A DNA stretch of 64,000 bases from Candidatus Bathyarchaeota archaeon (lineage in GTDB: Archaea; Thermoproteota; Bathyarchaeia; Hecatellales; Hecatellaceae), in assembly GCA_052246995.1 (NCBI GenBank), contig JBQPWD010000003.1:64001-128000 (forward strand). The letters are read 5' to 3'. Below, piece after piece: positions 10,178 through 20,915 of the stretch (the first letter of the stretch is position 1; each line of letters opens with the position of its first letter). The position numbers were made by a program, and so were the translations under genes. The notes under the pieces are model-generated. The model worked only from the letters and a program-made list of their open reading frames with translations, was not told where the DNA came from and ran no database searches.

Positions 10178-11803
10178 ATGAGTCAAACAATTCCTGTTTT
10201 AATTTTAAAAGAAGGTACAGGTAGAACTAGAGGACGTAATGCTTTAAGAAACAACATCATGGCCGCAAGAATTATTGGAGAAATTTTACGTAGTACACTT
10301 GGTCCACGTGGAATGGATAAAATGCTTGTTGATAGTTTAGGAGATATAACCGTAACAAACGATGGTGCAACAATTCTAAAAGAGATCGACGTTGAACATC
10401 CAGCCGCTAAAATGATGGTTGAAGCTGCCAAAACCCAAGACCAAGTTGTAGGTGATGGAACAACAACAGTTGTTGTTTTAGCTGCTGAACTCTTGAAAAA
10501 AGCTGAAGAACTTATAGATCAAAACATCCATCCAACTGTTGTTGTTGGAGGGTTCAGGAAGGCTGCAAACTACTGTTTAGAGGAGCTTGAAAAAATAGCT
10601 ATCCCAGTAGATATTGATGATAAAGATATGCTTAAAAAAGTTGCTGAAACAGCTTTACGCAGTAAATCTGCATCCACTGCAAAAGATTTAATTATCAACA
10701 TGGCTATTGAGGCTGTTAGAAGTATTGCTGAAAAGAGAGATGAAAAACTGGTTGCCGACATAGACCAAATTCAGATAACCAAGAAGCACGGTGGAAGCTT
10801 GGCTGACACAAAACTTATCAATGGACTCATTATCGATAAGGAGGTTGTTCACCCGGGAATGCCTAAAATTGTAAGAAACGCCAAAATAGCTTTGCTTGAC
10901 TGTCCACTTGAAATAGAAAAAACCGAAATCAGCGCTGAAATAAGGATTAGAGATCCTGCTCAGATGAAGGCTTTTCTTGATGAGGAGACTAAGATGCTTA
11001 GGGAGATGGTTGAGAAGGTTAAGAATGCTGGTGCTAATGTTTTATTCTGCCAGAAAGGTATAGATGACATGGCTCAACACTTCCTAGCTAAAGCAGGAAT
11101 ACTAGCAGTCAGAAGAGTTAAAAAGTCTGACATGGAAAAACTTGCTAGAGCTACAGGTGGAAGAATAGTTACAAACCTTGATGACCTTAAACCTGATGTG
11201 CTTGGATATGCTGGGCTTGTTGAAGAAAGAAAAATTGGAGAAGATAAAATGGTGTTTGTTGAAGAGTGTAAAAATCCAAAGTCTGTTGCAATCTTAATAC
11301 GTGGTGGACTTGAAAGATACGTTGATGAAATTGAACGTGCAATCCATGATTCACTTTCAGTTGTTTCAGACGTTTACGAGTATAACAAGGTTGTTGCTGG
11401 TGGAGGGGCGGTTGAAGCTGAACTTGCAAAAAGACTGAGAGAGTATGCTAGAAAGGTTGGTGGTAGAGAACAGCTTGCAATAGAATCCTTTGCAGACGCA
11501 TTAGAAGTTATACCCCGAACCTTGGCTGAAAATGCTGGGCTTGACCCTGTTGATATTCTTGTTGAGCTTAGGGCTGCGCATGAAAAAGCTGATGGGTTAT
11601 GGTGTGGTGTAAACGTTTTTGAAGGTAAAGTCGTAGATATGATGAAGCTTAACGTCGTTGAGCCTATGAAGGTTAAGGAACAAGCAATAAAATCCGCAGT
11701 TGAGGTTACATCAATGATACTTAGAATAGACGACGTAATAGCTGCAGCGAGAACAAAACCTGAAAAAGAAAAAGGTGGAGCGGGCGGAATGCCTGAATAC
11801 TAA
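10178..11803 (+). CDS. thsB: Thermosome (group II chaperonin) subunit 2
   Basis: Same chaperonin motifs; GGAGGMPEY tail. Confidence 0.95.
   Translation: MSQTIPVLILKEGTGRTRGRNALRNNIMAARIIGEILRSTLGPRGMDKMLVDSLGDITVTNDGATILKEIDVEHPAAKMMVEAAKTQDQVVGDGTTTVVVLAAELLKKAEELIDQNIHPTVVVGGFRKAANYCLEELEKIAIPVDIDDKDMLKKVAETALRSKSASTAKDLIINMAIEAVRSIAEKRDEKLVADIDQIQITKKHGGSLADTKLINGLIIDKEVVHPGMPKIVRNAKIALLDCPLEIEKTEISAEIRIRDPAQMKAFLDEETKMLREMVEKVKNAGANVLFCQKGIDDMAQHFLAKAGILAVRRVKKSDMEKLARATGGRIVTNLDDLKPDVLGYAGLVEERKIGEDKMVFVEECKNPKSVAILIRGGLERYVDEIERAIHDSLSVVSDVYEYNKVVAGGGAVEAELAKRLREYARKVGGREQLAIESFADALEVIPRTLAENAGLDPVDILVELRAAHEKADGLWCGVNVFEGKVVDMMKLNVVEPMKVKEQAIKSAVEVTSMILRIDDVIAAARTKPEKEKGGAGGMPEY
10835..11181 (+). 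repeat. Near-identical direct repeat shared by the thermosome paralogs, copy 2
   Basis: Matches 9144..9490 as described for copy 1. Confidence 0.9.
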
Positions 11804-11890
11804 GCAAAACCAAAAACTTTTTTTACTTAAAAATTAAATATTCACACCTTTTTAATAGTTACATAGTCTCTCCTTTACTGAGTTATTAAT

Positions 11891-11991
11891 GCCGGGGTGG
11901 CTGAGTGGACTAAAGCGCGGGCCTTGAGCTTAAGAAAAGGAGAGCCCGTGGGCCCTTGGGGCCCGCATGGGTTCAAATCCCATCCCCGGCG
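11891..11991 (+). tRNA. tRNA-Ser(UGA) with short intron (about 11929-11942) at the canonical 37/38 position
   Basis: Acceptor GCCGGGG/CCCCGGC with G discriminator, anticodon stem CGGGC/GCCCG with CT-TGA-G, long variable arm GGGCCC-TTG-GGGCCC, T-loop GGTTCAAATCC. Confidence 0.9.
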
Positions 11992-12122
11992 TCAAAGAGC
12001 TTTACGTTATTTGACATTTAAACTTAAACTGAACTGTTTAAAAATTGCAAATAAACTAGTTTGTTATCAGGTTTGAAATTGTTGAATAAAAAATTAGGAA
12101 AACAGTTATAAAAAGGAAAATT

Positions 12123-13484
12123 TTAAGTCTTCTTTGTTAAATCAACAAGCTTTTGAACTTTATGTCCTAAGAAGGGAAGCTCGGAGATTGATCTAGCAAT
12201 CTCTACCTCTGCTTCAGCGTTAAAATTCTCCGCAACTTTTTCTGAAATAGCTTTTTTAAAGGTATTCTCATCTTTAACCTTTGTTAAATCTATCACAATC
12301 TTAATTTTCAGCTTATCAAGTGGAAAGGGCTTGTACTTGTAGATTGTAAACCACTCCGTAAACCCTGGAACATCCGCTAAAGCATTTTCTATTTCTGATG
12401 GAAAGATAACTTTACCTTTAATGTTTACCGCAAAAGCCTCTCTCCCAAGAAATGTAACCCGAGTATGAGTTCTACCGCAACCACATTTCTCCGTTGAAAT
12501 AAACCCTATATCTTCAGCACCCCACTTAATAACTGGTGTTGCCTTAGCGAAAAGGTTTGTAACAACAATTTCTCCACGCTCACCTTCAGCCATACGTTCA
12601 TGAGTTCTAGGGTCTCTAATCTCAACAAGAAATAGATCATCACATGAATGCAGACCAGCATGCATATCACAGTCGCCAAAATACCATAAAGGGTCAGCTA
12701 TCCCACCAAAGTCATAGATTTTGTCAATAGGTATACCTGTTTCATCTTCAAGTTTTCTTTTAACAGTTTTAGTTACTATGTCCCCATAACCAGTATCAAT
12801 CATACGAACGTTTTCACAAAGCTTCTTAAAATCTTCACCAAGTCTTTTAGCAGCTTCAATAAGGGCGTAAATATAAAGGGTAGGTCCTGCAAGGATTGTA
12901 GGTTTAAAGGTTTTCATGATTTGAATGTGTTTATCCATGATGTTTGGTAAAGGATAACCACAATCACCAACGCTTCTAATTCCAAGTCTATCAATACCTA
13001 ATGTATGTATAGGAATGTACCCGTGCCATCTAAAAGCCCCACCCATGACAAAGTCTCCTGGACGCCAGCCTCTCATCCACTTAAGTCTAATCTCTTGCTC
13101 TGAAGCAGTTGTAAGGTCTTCACGCGAGTAGGCAAAAATTGTAGGTAAACCTGTTGTACCTGTTGAAGCATGGATGGTTATGATTTCATCGCTTAAAGGT
13201 ATGCATAAAGTTCCGCCAAAAGGATCGCCTGTTTTATCACGTTCATCTCTAATCTCATCCTTATACGTCATTGGAACCTTGTCAAAATCACTAAAAGATT
13301 TAACATCACCTGGGGACAACTCTGCCTCTTTAAACTTTTTATTATAAAATTTAGAGTGATGGTAAACATAGTTCAGCTGAGCTAAAAGTCTTTTTAACTG
13401 AAGATCTCTTAATTCACTCCTAGGCATAGTTTCGATTTCTTCACTCCAAAATTTTTTCCATTTTTTAACCAATCTAATTAACAC
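12123..13484 (-). CDS. Phenylacetate-CoA ligase (PaaK)-family AMP-forming aryl/acyl-CoA ligase
   Basis: IETMPR.EL..LQ.KRL, P-loop HASTGTTGLP, D.FLVEI.DP.T.E....GERGE.VVTNL, CGCGRTH. Confidence 0.85.
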   Translation of the reverse strand: MLIRLVKKWKKFWSEEIETMPRSELRDLQLKRLLAQLNYVYHHSKFYNKKFKEAELSPGDVKSFSDFDKVPMTYKDEIRDERDKTGDPFGGTLCIPLSDEIITIHASTGTTGLPTIFAYSREDLTTASEQEIRLKWMRGWRPGDFVMGGAFRWHGYIPIHTLGIDRLGIRSVGDCGYPLPNIMDKHIQIMKTFKPTILAGPTLYIYALIEAAKRLGEDFKKLCENVRMIDTGYGDIVTKTVKRKLEDETGIPIDKIYDFGGIADPLWYFGDCDMHAGLHSCDDLFLVEIRDPRTHERMAEGERGEIVVTNLFAKATPVIKWGAEDIGFISTEKCGCGRTHTRVTFLGREAFAVNIKGKVIFPSEIENALADVPGFTEWFTIYKYKPFPLDKLKIKIVIDLTKVKDENTFKKAISEKVAENFNAEAEVEIARSISELPFLGHKVQKLVDLTKKT

Positions 13485-13488
13485 CTCC

Positions 13489-14526
13489 TTAAATTAAAAT
13501 TATTCTTGTATGAGTTCTACCGCAATTACAGATATCTTTAACAAGCTTAGCATTATACCATGTCAAATACCTTAACATTGGTGTACCTTTAGTCCAAAGA
13601 TTTGTTATGGTAAGTTTTCCAACTTCACCTTCGCTTTTAGCCTCACCAGTTTTTTCATCAACAACTTCAACAATAAACCCATCATCCCATACATGCAATC
13701 CACTTTTTTCTGGACACTCAAAAGCAAAAAAGTGGTTATCTTGAACATCCATCATTGAAAGATGAAGACCCCCCCATTCCTCTGTAAACCTTTTCCTTTC
13801 ATCTTCAGTTAGAAATGGCTCCCCAAGTTTTGTTCTATGAATAACTATTCTACAGTTAAATGCTTCTCTTGGAGAGACACCACTTTTCTTAACTTCATCG
13901 TTCATCATCTTAGCAAAATTTACAGTTGTTATAATTATATGAGGTTTAACAGACCTAGTAAGATGAATTATTCTTGGAAGATCTATAAATGGAAGGGAAA
14001 TTTCGACAGGTATGGCTGTAAACGGGATAATACGCTGTAAAGATCTATGGGTTGTGCCGAAACCTTCAATCAAGCATAAAACCTCATTTAGTGTTGCTTG
14101 AAGCTCTACAATCATTCCTTTCTCAAGACCAACCATCAAAAAATACCTTAAAAGATGGTTTAAAATCACATTTCTATCATCATGTGTATAGGCTGTATAA
14201 AGAGGTGGTCCTTTTAAAGACTGGTCTTGGGGGGAAAATACGTACACAACATCCTCTTCAGGTACACATAATCTCCCTCCAAAGGGATTTTGAGGTGAAG
14301 CATCTTTAACAGCATCTTCCCTAGTTGTTAATGGTAGTTTCTGCAAGTCATCTAGAGTTTTAATATCTTCAGGTTTAACCCCTGTTTCATCAAACCTTCT
14401 ATGATAAAATGACGAATTATTGTAGACATATCTTACCTGTTTCTTAAGATTTTTTAGTTGAAGTTCCTTTAATTCGCTTGGAGGTATTGTTTCAAGAGTT
14501 TCAAAGTTTAAACTCCATAAAGACAT
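13489..14526 (-). CDS. Degenerate PaaK-like protein (no P-loop, no C-terminal domain)
   Basis: PaaK-like N-terminus, ECPEKSGLHVWDD and CNCGRTH present; the S/TGTTG loop is replaced by SPQDQSLKGPP and the protein ends right after GRTH. Confidence 0.75.
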   Translation of the reverse strand: MSLWSLNFETLETIPPSELKELQLKNLKKQVRYVYNNSSFYHRRFDETGVKPEDIKTLDDLQKLPLTTREDAVKDASPQNPFGGRLCVPEEDVVYVFSPQDQSLKGPPLYTAYTHDDRNVILNHLLRYFLMVGLEKGMIVELQATLNEVLCLIEGFGTTHRSLQRIIPFTAIPVEISLPFIDLPRIIHLTRSVKPHIIITTVNFAKMMNDEVKKSGVSPREAFNCRIVIHRTKLGEPFLTEDERKRFTEEWGGLHLSMMDVQDNHFFAFECPEKSGLHVWDDGFIVEVVDEKTGEAKSEGEVGKLTITNLWTKGTPMLRYLTWYNAKLVKDICNCGRTHTRIILI

Positions 14527-14665
14527 CTTATTTACACCTTACAATAAATCAAAACTTTATGTTTATTACAGCTTTTAATATTTATACATGAAAAGATAGA
14601 TATTTATAGTTTTCTAGAAAATTTTGAAGATGAGACTTTCAACTTAAGATAAAGTTTAGTAGTTT

Positions 14666-15676
14666 CTAAATAGAAACTATTGCAGGAGGTATTGTAGTTA
14701 CAAGGTCTAAAAGATCCCTTATGCTTCCAACTATCCCTTTAAGGGAAAAGGGTAAAACATAGGCTAGCCGTGAAGGTATGGGGGCTTCTCTTTCCAGGAT
14801 TTTTTCAAGGTCTTTAATGTTATTCATAACTTCATACATTTTTTCTATTGCCTCTGTATGCGTCTTTTCATTCTTGGAGAAGAAGGCCTTTATTGTCCCC
14901 TCATAAGTAAAATGTATGCCTTCCTCAACCTTTTTAATCTCGGTTGCACAGTTTTCTGGAATTTTAAATGGTAGAGTGCTACCTACCTCTCTAGCTACTA
15001 ACACAACGCGATCAGCAATACTTTCTACGAGGCTTGCAGCAATTCTATAATCTAGGCAATCTATCGGTGAGAACTCAAGTTTTTCGCCAAGCTTAGGGTT
15101 AAGAGTTATTGTCCTCAAGATTCTTACAAGTAGAAAATATAACCTATCAACTTCATCATCTTTTTCATCTAAGGATTTTGCAAGCTCTACATCAGAGGTT
15201 AATAGACTTCTAAAAAGGTCTTTAAGCATACTCAGAGAAAGTACATATTCCCGTCTTAGAATCTTCTCAGGAGAGTAAGCTGCTGGTTTAAGTAGACATT
15301 GAAGAACAATTTTTTGTTGCGATTCCTCAGTAAGTTCAACACCAACTAAGCGATTCATTATTGCTTTAACTCTTCTCATATGGTCTTCGGTAATCTGTGC
15401 GGATTCAAGGTTTATAACTTCATAACCTAACAGGTAACTACTTAAAATTTTACTCTCAATTCTGCCAGTGGCTTTTAAAGTTATCTCTGGTGAAAACTCC
15501 ACTGTCTGTTGGGGATCCAGAATTAAACATCCATCGCTACGCTCCTTAACGTAAACTATTGAACCTTTTTTAAGGTTAAACTTTTTAATCCACCTTTTTG
15601 GAAGAGAGACAAGACAAGTACCATCAACGGTTTTTTGAATTTTTCTTGCTTCAAGAGACAAATCCTTTTCCACCAT
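14666..15676 (-). CDS. AbrB-PhoU phosphate uptake regulator
   Basis: N-terminal RKIQ...GT..VSLPK.W AbrB domain; PhoU repeats (DDEVDRLYFL, ESIADR). Confidence 0.88.
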   Translation of the reverse strand: MVEKDLSLEARKIQKTVDGTCLVSLPKRWIKKFNLKKGSIVYVKERSDGCLILDPQQTVEFSPEITLKATGRIESKILSSYLLGYEVINLESAQITEDHMRRVKAIMNRLVGVELTEESQQKIVLQCLLKPAAYSPEKILRREYVLSLSMLKDLFRSLLTSDVELAKSLDEKDDEVDRLYFLLVRILRTITLNPKLGEKLEFSPIDCLDYRIAASLVESIADRVVLVAREVGSTLPFKIPENCATEIKKVEEGIHFTYEGTIKAFFSKNEKTHTEAIEKMYEVMNNIKDLEKILEREAPIPSRLAYVLPFSLKGIVGSIRDLLDLVTTIPPAIVSI

Positions 15677-15752
15677 TTAATTAAGATTATGTATCTTTAT
15701 TTATATCTTTAAAGAATTTATAGGTAGACAATAAAATAAGCTAACCCACGTT

Positions 15753-16643
15753 CTAGTTGGCCTTTCTGCCTACAGATTTTAAAAGCTCTTCTAAACTATC
15801 CGCTATTCTTGAAAGCCTTTCTTCAATATGTTTACTCATGACAATGTACCGTCTAGGATATGGTATTTCTATCCCATGTTTATCAAACTCCTTTTTAATT
15901 TCTTTTAATAAGGCTCTAGCCATCATAAAAGCCGTAGGTTGGTCTTTAGCTTTAGATAAAAGTCTAAGAACCACTCCTGAATCGGCAAACTCCATAACAA
16001 CAACGTTGGGTAGATTATCCGTAGGTATACAATCAGGGTGTCTTCTTGCAACGTCAACCATAATTTTTATAGCCTTCTCCAAGTCACTTTCATAGCTTAT
16101 TTGAACAAAAACCGGGACAACCATTGTTGGGTCTTCTACGCTATAGTTTGTTATAACTTCATTTTGAAGTATCGAATTTGGAACCATTAAACGCCTATTA
16201 TCCCATGTTCTTAAAACCGTATGTATAAGCTTAATATCTTCAACAAAACAAAAATCATTTCTAAACATTACAGCATCACCAATCCTTATTGGTTGGGAAA
16301 TTGAAATGATAATACCTGAAATTATGTTTGAAAGACTTGATTGGGCTGCAAGGCCTATAACTATTGAGGCAAAACCTGCTGCAATGAAGATTGAAGCAAT
16401 AACACCGCTAGCTTCAGGAAAGGCTGTGAATGTTGTTGCTAAAATACCTATGCTTGCAACAACAGTCACAAGCAACCTTTTAATAAACCTGTAAATTGTC
16501 TCAAATCTAGGTTGTGTTTTAAGAATTTTTCGGAAAAAGCCTGTGAAAAGAAAGTTTAAGATATACGCTAGGAGGAGTGTTAAAGTTAAACCTACAATAA
16601 ATGTGACAATTGAGCTTAAGGGTATAGTAGGTAAAAGTTCCAT
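15753..16643 (-). CDS. mscS: Small-conductance mechanosensitive channel
   Basis: Three TM helices, IGLAAQ..LSNIISG, P.RIGD, T.D.R...VPNS, GIEIPYP. Confidence 0.9.
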   Translation of the reverse strand: MELLPTIPLSSIVTFIVGLTLTLLLAYILNFLFTGFFRKILKTQPRFETIYRFIKRLLVTVVASIGILATTFTAFPEASGVIASIFIAAGFASIVIGLAAQSSLSNIISGIIISISQPIRIGDAVMFRNDFCFVEDIKLIHTVLRTWDNRRLMVPNSILQNEVITNYSVEDPTMVVPVFVQISYESDLEKAIKIMVDVARRHPDCIPTDNLPNVVVMEFADSGVVLRLLSKAKDQPTAFMMARALLKEIKKEFDKHGIEIPYPRRYIVMSKHIEERLSRIADSLEELLKSVGRKAN

Positions 16644-17022
16644 ACTAGAACAGCCGAACTTTTAGTTGTTTTTACCTAGAAAATTGTCATAGAGCTTTGT
16701 TATAAGTATTATTGGTGAAAAATATGTGAATAAGGTTATCTCTGGTGTTTTAAAAGGTTTTCTAGGTTCATTAACAAATGGCATATTTTTAGCTGTAAAA
16801 ATAAACAAGCTTGGCTTAAATCTACAGTTTCGGTTTCTTACGGTAGAAACTCAACCCTCCCAACTCAAACAGTTGTAACAGTTGACCAGATATAGGTTAT
16901 GTTTTAAAGTTTCATTGTAAAAACGACACGTAGTTTAAGGAAACCTTTAGAGAGATTGATTAAGGTAAATAAAATAATTATGAATATTAAGCATTACAAT
17001 TGTAAAAGAGGGGATTTTAACA

Positions 17023-18417
17023 ATGAGCATCTTAGAGGAATTTAAAAAACTTTTCTATCCTAAGTCTGTTGCTGTAATTGGGGCTTCAAACAATCCTTTA
17101 AAAATGGGCTTTCAGTGTGTTAAAAGCCTTGTTGAATCTGGTTTTCAAGGGAAAATTTACCCTGTCAACCCTAGCATTAACAAAATTTTAGACTTAAAAT
17201 GTTATCCAAGCATTTTAAGCATACCGGATGATGTTGACTTAGCAGTAATCGTTATTCCAGCATCCGAAGTTCTTCAAGCATTTAAGGAGTGTGCTTTAAA
17301 GGGTGTGGGTGGCGCGGTTATTATAACCGGTGGATTTAAAGAAACTGGAAGGGAAGAGAGTTTAAAGCTTCAGGAAGAATTAAAAAGGATAGCCGACGAT
17401 GCTGGAATAAAAGTCGTTGGACCAAATACTTTTGGCATGGTTAACCTTTATGCAAATCTTAACGCCTCCTTCACCATACCATTTTCCTACTTAAAAAAAG
17501 GGAGAGTTGCTATTGTTGGGCAAAGTGGCGGAGTCTGCCATATTTTGGCATTTCAGTTACATGACGAAGAAATTGGTTTTAGCAAAATTATTGGTGTTGG
17601 CAATAGATGTAATGTTGAATTTGCAGATTTACTTGAATACCTTGTCGAAGATCCTGAAACAGAAGTTATAGCATTATACATTGAAGGAGTTGAAGATGCT
17701 AGAAAGCTCGTAAAGGTTGCAAAGAAGGTTGCGGAGAAAAAACCTATAATAGTGTATAAGGTCGGTGTTGAGGAAAGCAGTAAAGCAGTATATTCTCATA
17801 CAGGCTCCTTGGCAGGTAAAAGTGAACTCTACTCTTCAGCTTTTAAGCAAGCTGGAATGATTCCAGTTGGAGATTGCGTAGAGTTTGTTGATACAATTAA
17901 GGCTTTTTGTCTTCAAAAACCGCCAAAAGGCAGAAAATTTGCTATAGTTTCTAAGGAGGCTGGCCCCTCAATTATAACCATAGATGTTTGTGTTAAGGGA
18001 GGGTTAACTCTAGCAGATTTTTCTGAGAAAACAATAAGAAAAATAGAGGAAGTTGTTCCACCCTACACTATTAGAAGCAATCCTGTAGATTTAGCGTTTG
18101 TCTTAGCAGATTATGAAAAACATGTTGAAGTTTTAAAATTAGTTTTATCAGATGAAAATGTTGACTCAATGGTTTACATTAACATTTACAATCCAGAATT
18201 AAAACCACCAGTAGAGGAAATTTCTCTGCTGGCTAAGGAAAATGGTAAAACGGTTGTTGCATGTTTAATCGGATTTAAAGACATTCAAGCTTTAGGTAAA
18301 AAAGAGTTCGAAAAGTATAAGATTCCTGTATATCCTACACCCGAAAGAGCTGCAAAAGCGCTTATAAATCTTACAAAGTATGGAGAAAAACTTAAAATAC
18401 AGAAAAATTATGGTTAG
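17023..18417 (+). CDS. acdA: ADP-forming acyl-CoA synthetase alpha subunit, paralog 1
   Basis: PKSVAVIGAS, GPNTFG, QSGG, phospho-His motif SHTGSLAG, NPVDL. Confidence 0.88.
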   Translation: MSILEEFKKLFYPKSVAVIGASNNPLKMGFQCVKSLVESGFQGKIYPVNPSINKILDLKCYPSILSIPDDVDLAVIVIPASEVLQAFKECALKGVGGAVIITGGFKETGREESLKLQEELKRIADDAGIKVVGPNTFGMVNLYANLNASFTIPFSYLKKGRVAIVGQSGGVCHILAFQLHDEEIGFSKIIGVGNRCNVEFADLLEYLVEDPETEVIALYIEGVEDARKLVKVAKKVAEKKPIIVYKVGVEESSKAVYSHTGSLAGKSELYSSAFKQAGMIPVGDCVEFVDTIKAFCLQKPPKGRKFAIVSKEAGPSIITIDVCVKGGLTLADFSEKTIRKIEEVVPPYTIRSNPVDLAFVLADYEKHVEVLKLVLSDENVDSMVYINIYNPELKPPVEEISLLAKENGKTVVACLIGFKDIQALGKKEFEKYKIPVYPTPERAAKALINLTKYGEKLKIQKNYG

Positions 18418-18493
18418 TAAAAATTTTATATATCAGTTTTAAGAAGAAAATTTTGTATCAAAATTAAATTTTTAAATTTTTAGGTGGTTTAAA

Positions 18494-19642
18494 GTGGTCA
18501 GAAAGTGGAGACTTGTTATAACCAGAACTAACGTGGCTAAATGGTATGGCGGCTGGGCAATTTCAGGAATTAGAGCTATGAATGAGGGTAAAATTCCAGA
18601 TACGATATCAGTTTTCTACATTGATGAACCTGGAGTTTTTATTCAACGTTATTGTGATGTTCTTATGGATGTAAATTACGAGGAATGTAAAAAACTTAAC
18701 ATTCCAATTGCAAGAGGAATTGCTGCGGGAGGAGGGGTTATTTACGCTGAACCTGGAGTTGAACCTTTTATTGGATTAAACTGGAATCCTAAACGTAACC
18801 CTCAAATTCCAACCAGTCCTGAGCTTTTCTTTATGAGGATGCTTGGTAGGGCTGCGGATGTTATAAGTGAAAGGTATAAGATACCGTTAAGGTATAGGCC
18901 GTTAAATGATATGGAAGTTTGGGATCCTAATCTTAAAGCTTGGAGAAAAGTTATGGGTACCGGTACAACAACCGTTGGTGAATGTGCTGCTTTTGCATGG
19001 TTTCCAACATTCTTTAAACCAAGTGGATTGATGAACAGAATTTTGGTTTCACCTAAAGATAAATTTTCTGATAAAGTTTTTAAAGAAGCTTCCCTCAGAA
19101 CTTGGAATTTTGAGGAAGCAGGAGCATTTAGAGAAAGACCTAGTAGAGACGAGGTTGTAAAAGACTGGATAGACATTACATTAAAGGTTGTAAAAGATGT
19201 TTTTAACATTGAAGTTGAACATGGAGAATTTACTGAGGAAGAAATTATGTATGCTGAGGAAGCCTTTAAAATGTTTTCATCAGAAGAAAACTTGTTTTCA
19301 AGGTCAGCCGAAAAAAGGTTTTCAAAGATTCCTGAGGGAACAAGTTTAGGAAAATACTCAGTTAAGGTTACTGCTGGACCCTTAATCAGAGTTTACGTTT
19401 TAAGGCGAGGAGATATTGTTGAGGATATAATGTTTACTGGAACCATGCATATGTACCCTGCAGATGCTTTGGAGGAGTTGGAAAAGGATCTTAAAGGATG
19501 CAAAACAGATGAAACCATAATTAGAAACAAGGTTAATGAGTTGTTTACAAGAAAAAATGTAATTATAGGTATGGGAAGCGCTGAACTTGTGGCTGAAAGC
19601 ATAATAAAAGCATGTAAAGAAAGCTATAAACCGCAAACTTAA
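18494..19642 (+). CDS. Lipoate-protein ligase family protein (Lpl AB fusion-like)
   Basis: WRL N-terminus, I...R...GGG.IY, YRPLND, RKVMGTG, C-terminal accessory domain K..AG.LIRV. Confidence 0.7.
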   Translation: MVRKWRLVITRTNVAKWYGGWAISGIRAMNEGKIPDTISVFYIDEPGVFIQRYCDVLMDVNYEECKKLNIPIARGIAAGGGVIYAEPGVEPFIGLNWNPKRNPQIPTSPELFFMRMLGRAADVISERYKIPLRYRPLNDMEVWDPNLKAWRKVMGTGTTTVGECAAFAWFPTFFKPSGLMNRILVSPKDKFSDKVFKEASLRTWNFEEAGAFRERPSRDEVVKDWIDITLKVVKDVFNIEVEHGEFTEEEIMYAEEAFKMFSSEENLFSRSAEKRFSKIPEGTSLGKYSVKVTAGPLIRVYVLRRGDIVEDIMFTGTMHMYPADALEELEKDLKGCKTDETIIRNKVNELFTRKNVIIGMGSAELVAESIIKACKESYKPQT

Positions 19643-19644
19643 AA

Positions 19645-20880
19645 TTAAACTTTTTTAATTTTATGAAAAGTCTCAGGTAAAAGGAAAGCCACAATCGTTA
19701 AACCAAAAATTGGTGCAATACTCATTACCGTAAAAAGGGTTATCCAACTGTTGGTTACTGTAAGAATGAAGCTTATAAGCATTGGAGAAAAAACTGCGCC
19801 AAGCTCACTGAATGATTGAACAAAGCCCATGGCTCCTCCTCTAATAGACGGATCTGATGCATCTGCAGCTACAGCGTAGGCTAAAGGACCGTAAATACCT
19901 GCACCAGAACCACTTATAAGGGCTGTTAAAAACGTGGTTGTTAAAACTGTAAACTCATCACTACCAACCCATCTTAAGGAAAAACATCCAATGGCTGTTA
20001 AACTTAAACCTAAACCTATAGCAACTCTTCTACCGACTTTATCTGAAAGCCTACCGCCAAGTAGTGCAACTAAACCGTAAATTATGTAAAATATTCCGGG
20101 AAAGATGCCAATAAAAAATGTTGCCACCCCAATTTCCCTTAAAAATATTGGAACCCAGAAAAGGTATAATATAAGCATAAACCAGTAAACCATGTTTATT
20201 AAAAGACAGGAGAAAATTACACGATTCTTAATTAAGGATTTATAACTTTTAACAGTAACTAAAACTTTCCTTTTACCAGTTAAATCTTCAGTTATAGTGT
20301 TTGTAGACGAAGAATACTTAACAGCAACTTTCTTGGTTTCATTTATAAAGAAAAGCCCTATTAAGCATGAAACAAAATATATTACAGCAGCAAAATAAAA
20401 TGTTATAAAATAGCCTAGAACAGATAAAACTAGGCCTGAGATAAGTGAGCCCATCCCAAGACCAAGCAAACCTATGCCTCTGGCTGTTCCCATATATTCT
20501 CCAGCTTTCTCGACTGGAGCAACATCATAACTCATGGTTGTAAGTGATACTATAATAAAAGAGTAGCCAGCACCTGTCAAACCAACCCAAACAACAATAA
20601 AAATCCAGGGCTCATGTAAGAGTGGGATTAAAACTAAGCCTACAGCTGAGAGTAGTGGGCCTAACACTGTACATGGTTTCCGGCCAACTTTGTCGACAAA
20701 TCTGCCAACAAAAATGCTTGTTGGAACTCTAGCAATGTATGGTATCGTAGTAAGAATACCTATAACGGCGTAAGTTAAACCTATAACCCTGTACCAGACA
20801 GCAATAACAGGTATATATAAACTTCCTAGAAGAAAAGTAAAGTACCAAAGGCAAATTATAGGCCAAACATTTTTATCCAA
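19645..20880 (-). CDS. MFS transporter
   Basis: About 12 hydrophobic helices; MFS motif A twice (GRFVDKVGRK, GRLSDKVGRR). Confidence 0.9.
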   Translation of the reverse strand: MDKNVWPIICLWYFTFLLGSLYIPVIAVWYRVIGLTYAVIGILTTIPYIARVPTSIFVGRFVDKVGRKPCTVLGPLLSAVGLVLIPLLHEPWIFIVVWVGLTGAGYSFIIVSLTTMSYDVAPVEKAGEYMGTARGIGLLGLGMGSLISGLVLSVLGYFITFYFAAVIYFVSCLIGLFFINETKKVAVKYSSSTNTITEDLTGKRKVLVTVKSYKSLIKNRVIFSCLLINMVYWFMLILYLFWVPIFLREIGVATFFIGIFPGIFYIIYGLVALLGGRLSDKVGRRVAIGLGLSLTAIGCFSLRWVGSDEFTVLTTTFLTALISGSGAGIYGPLAYAVAADASDPSIRGGAMGFVQSFSELGAVFSPMLISFILTVTNSWITLFTVMSIAPIFGLTIVAFLLPETFHKIKKV

Positions 20881-20915
20881 AGCTTAAACCTAAATTTAGG
20901 TAGTTAGGTTAAAGC

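Noticed and set aside
16726-16878. About 50-codon GTG-start ORF between mscS and acdA1
   Set aside because: No recognisable family; cannot distinguish it from chance or a decayed fragment
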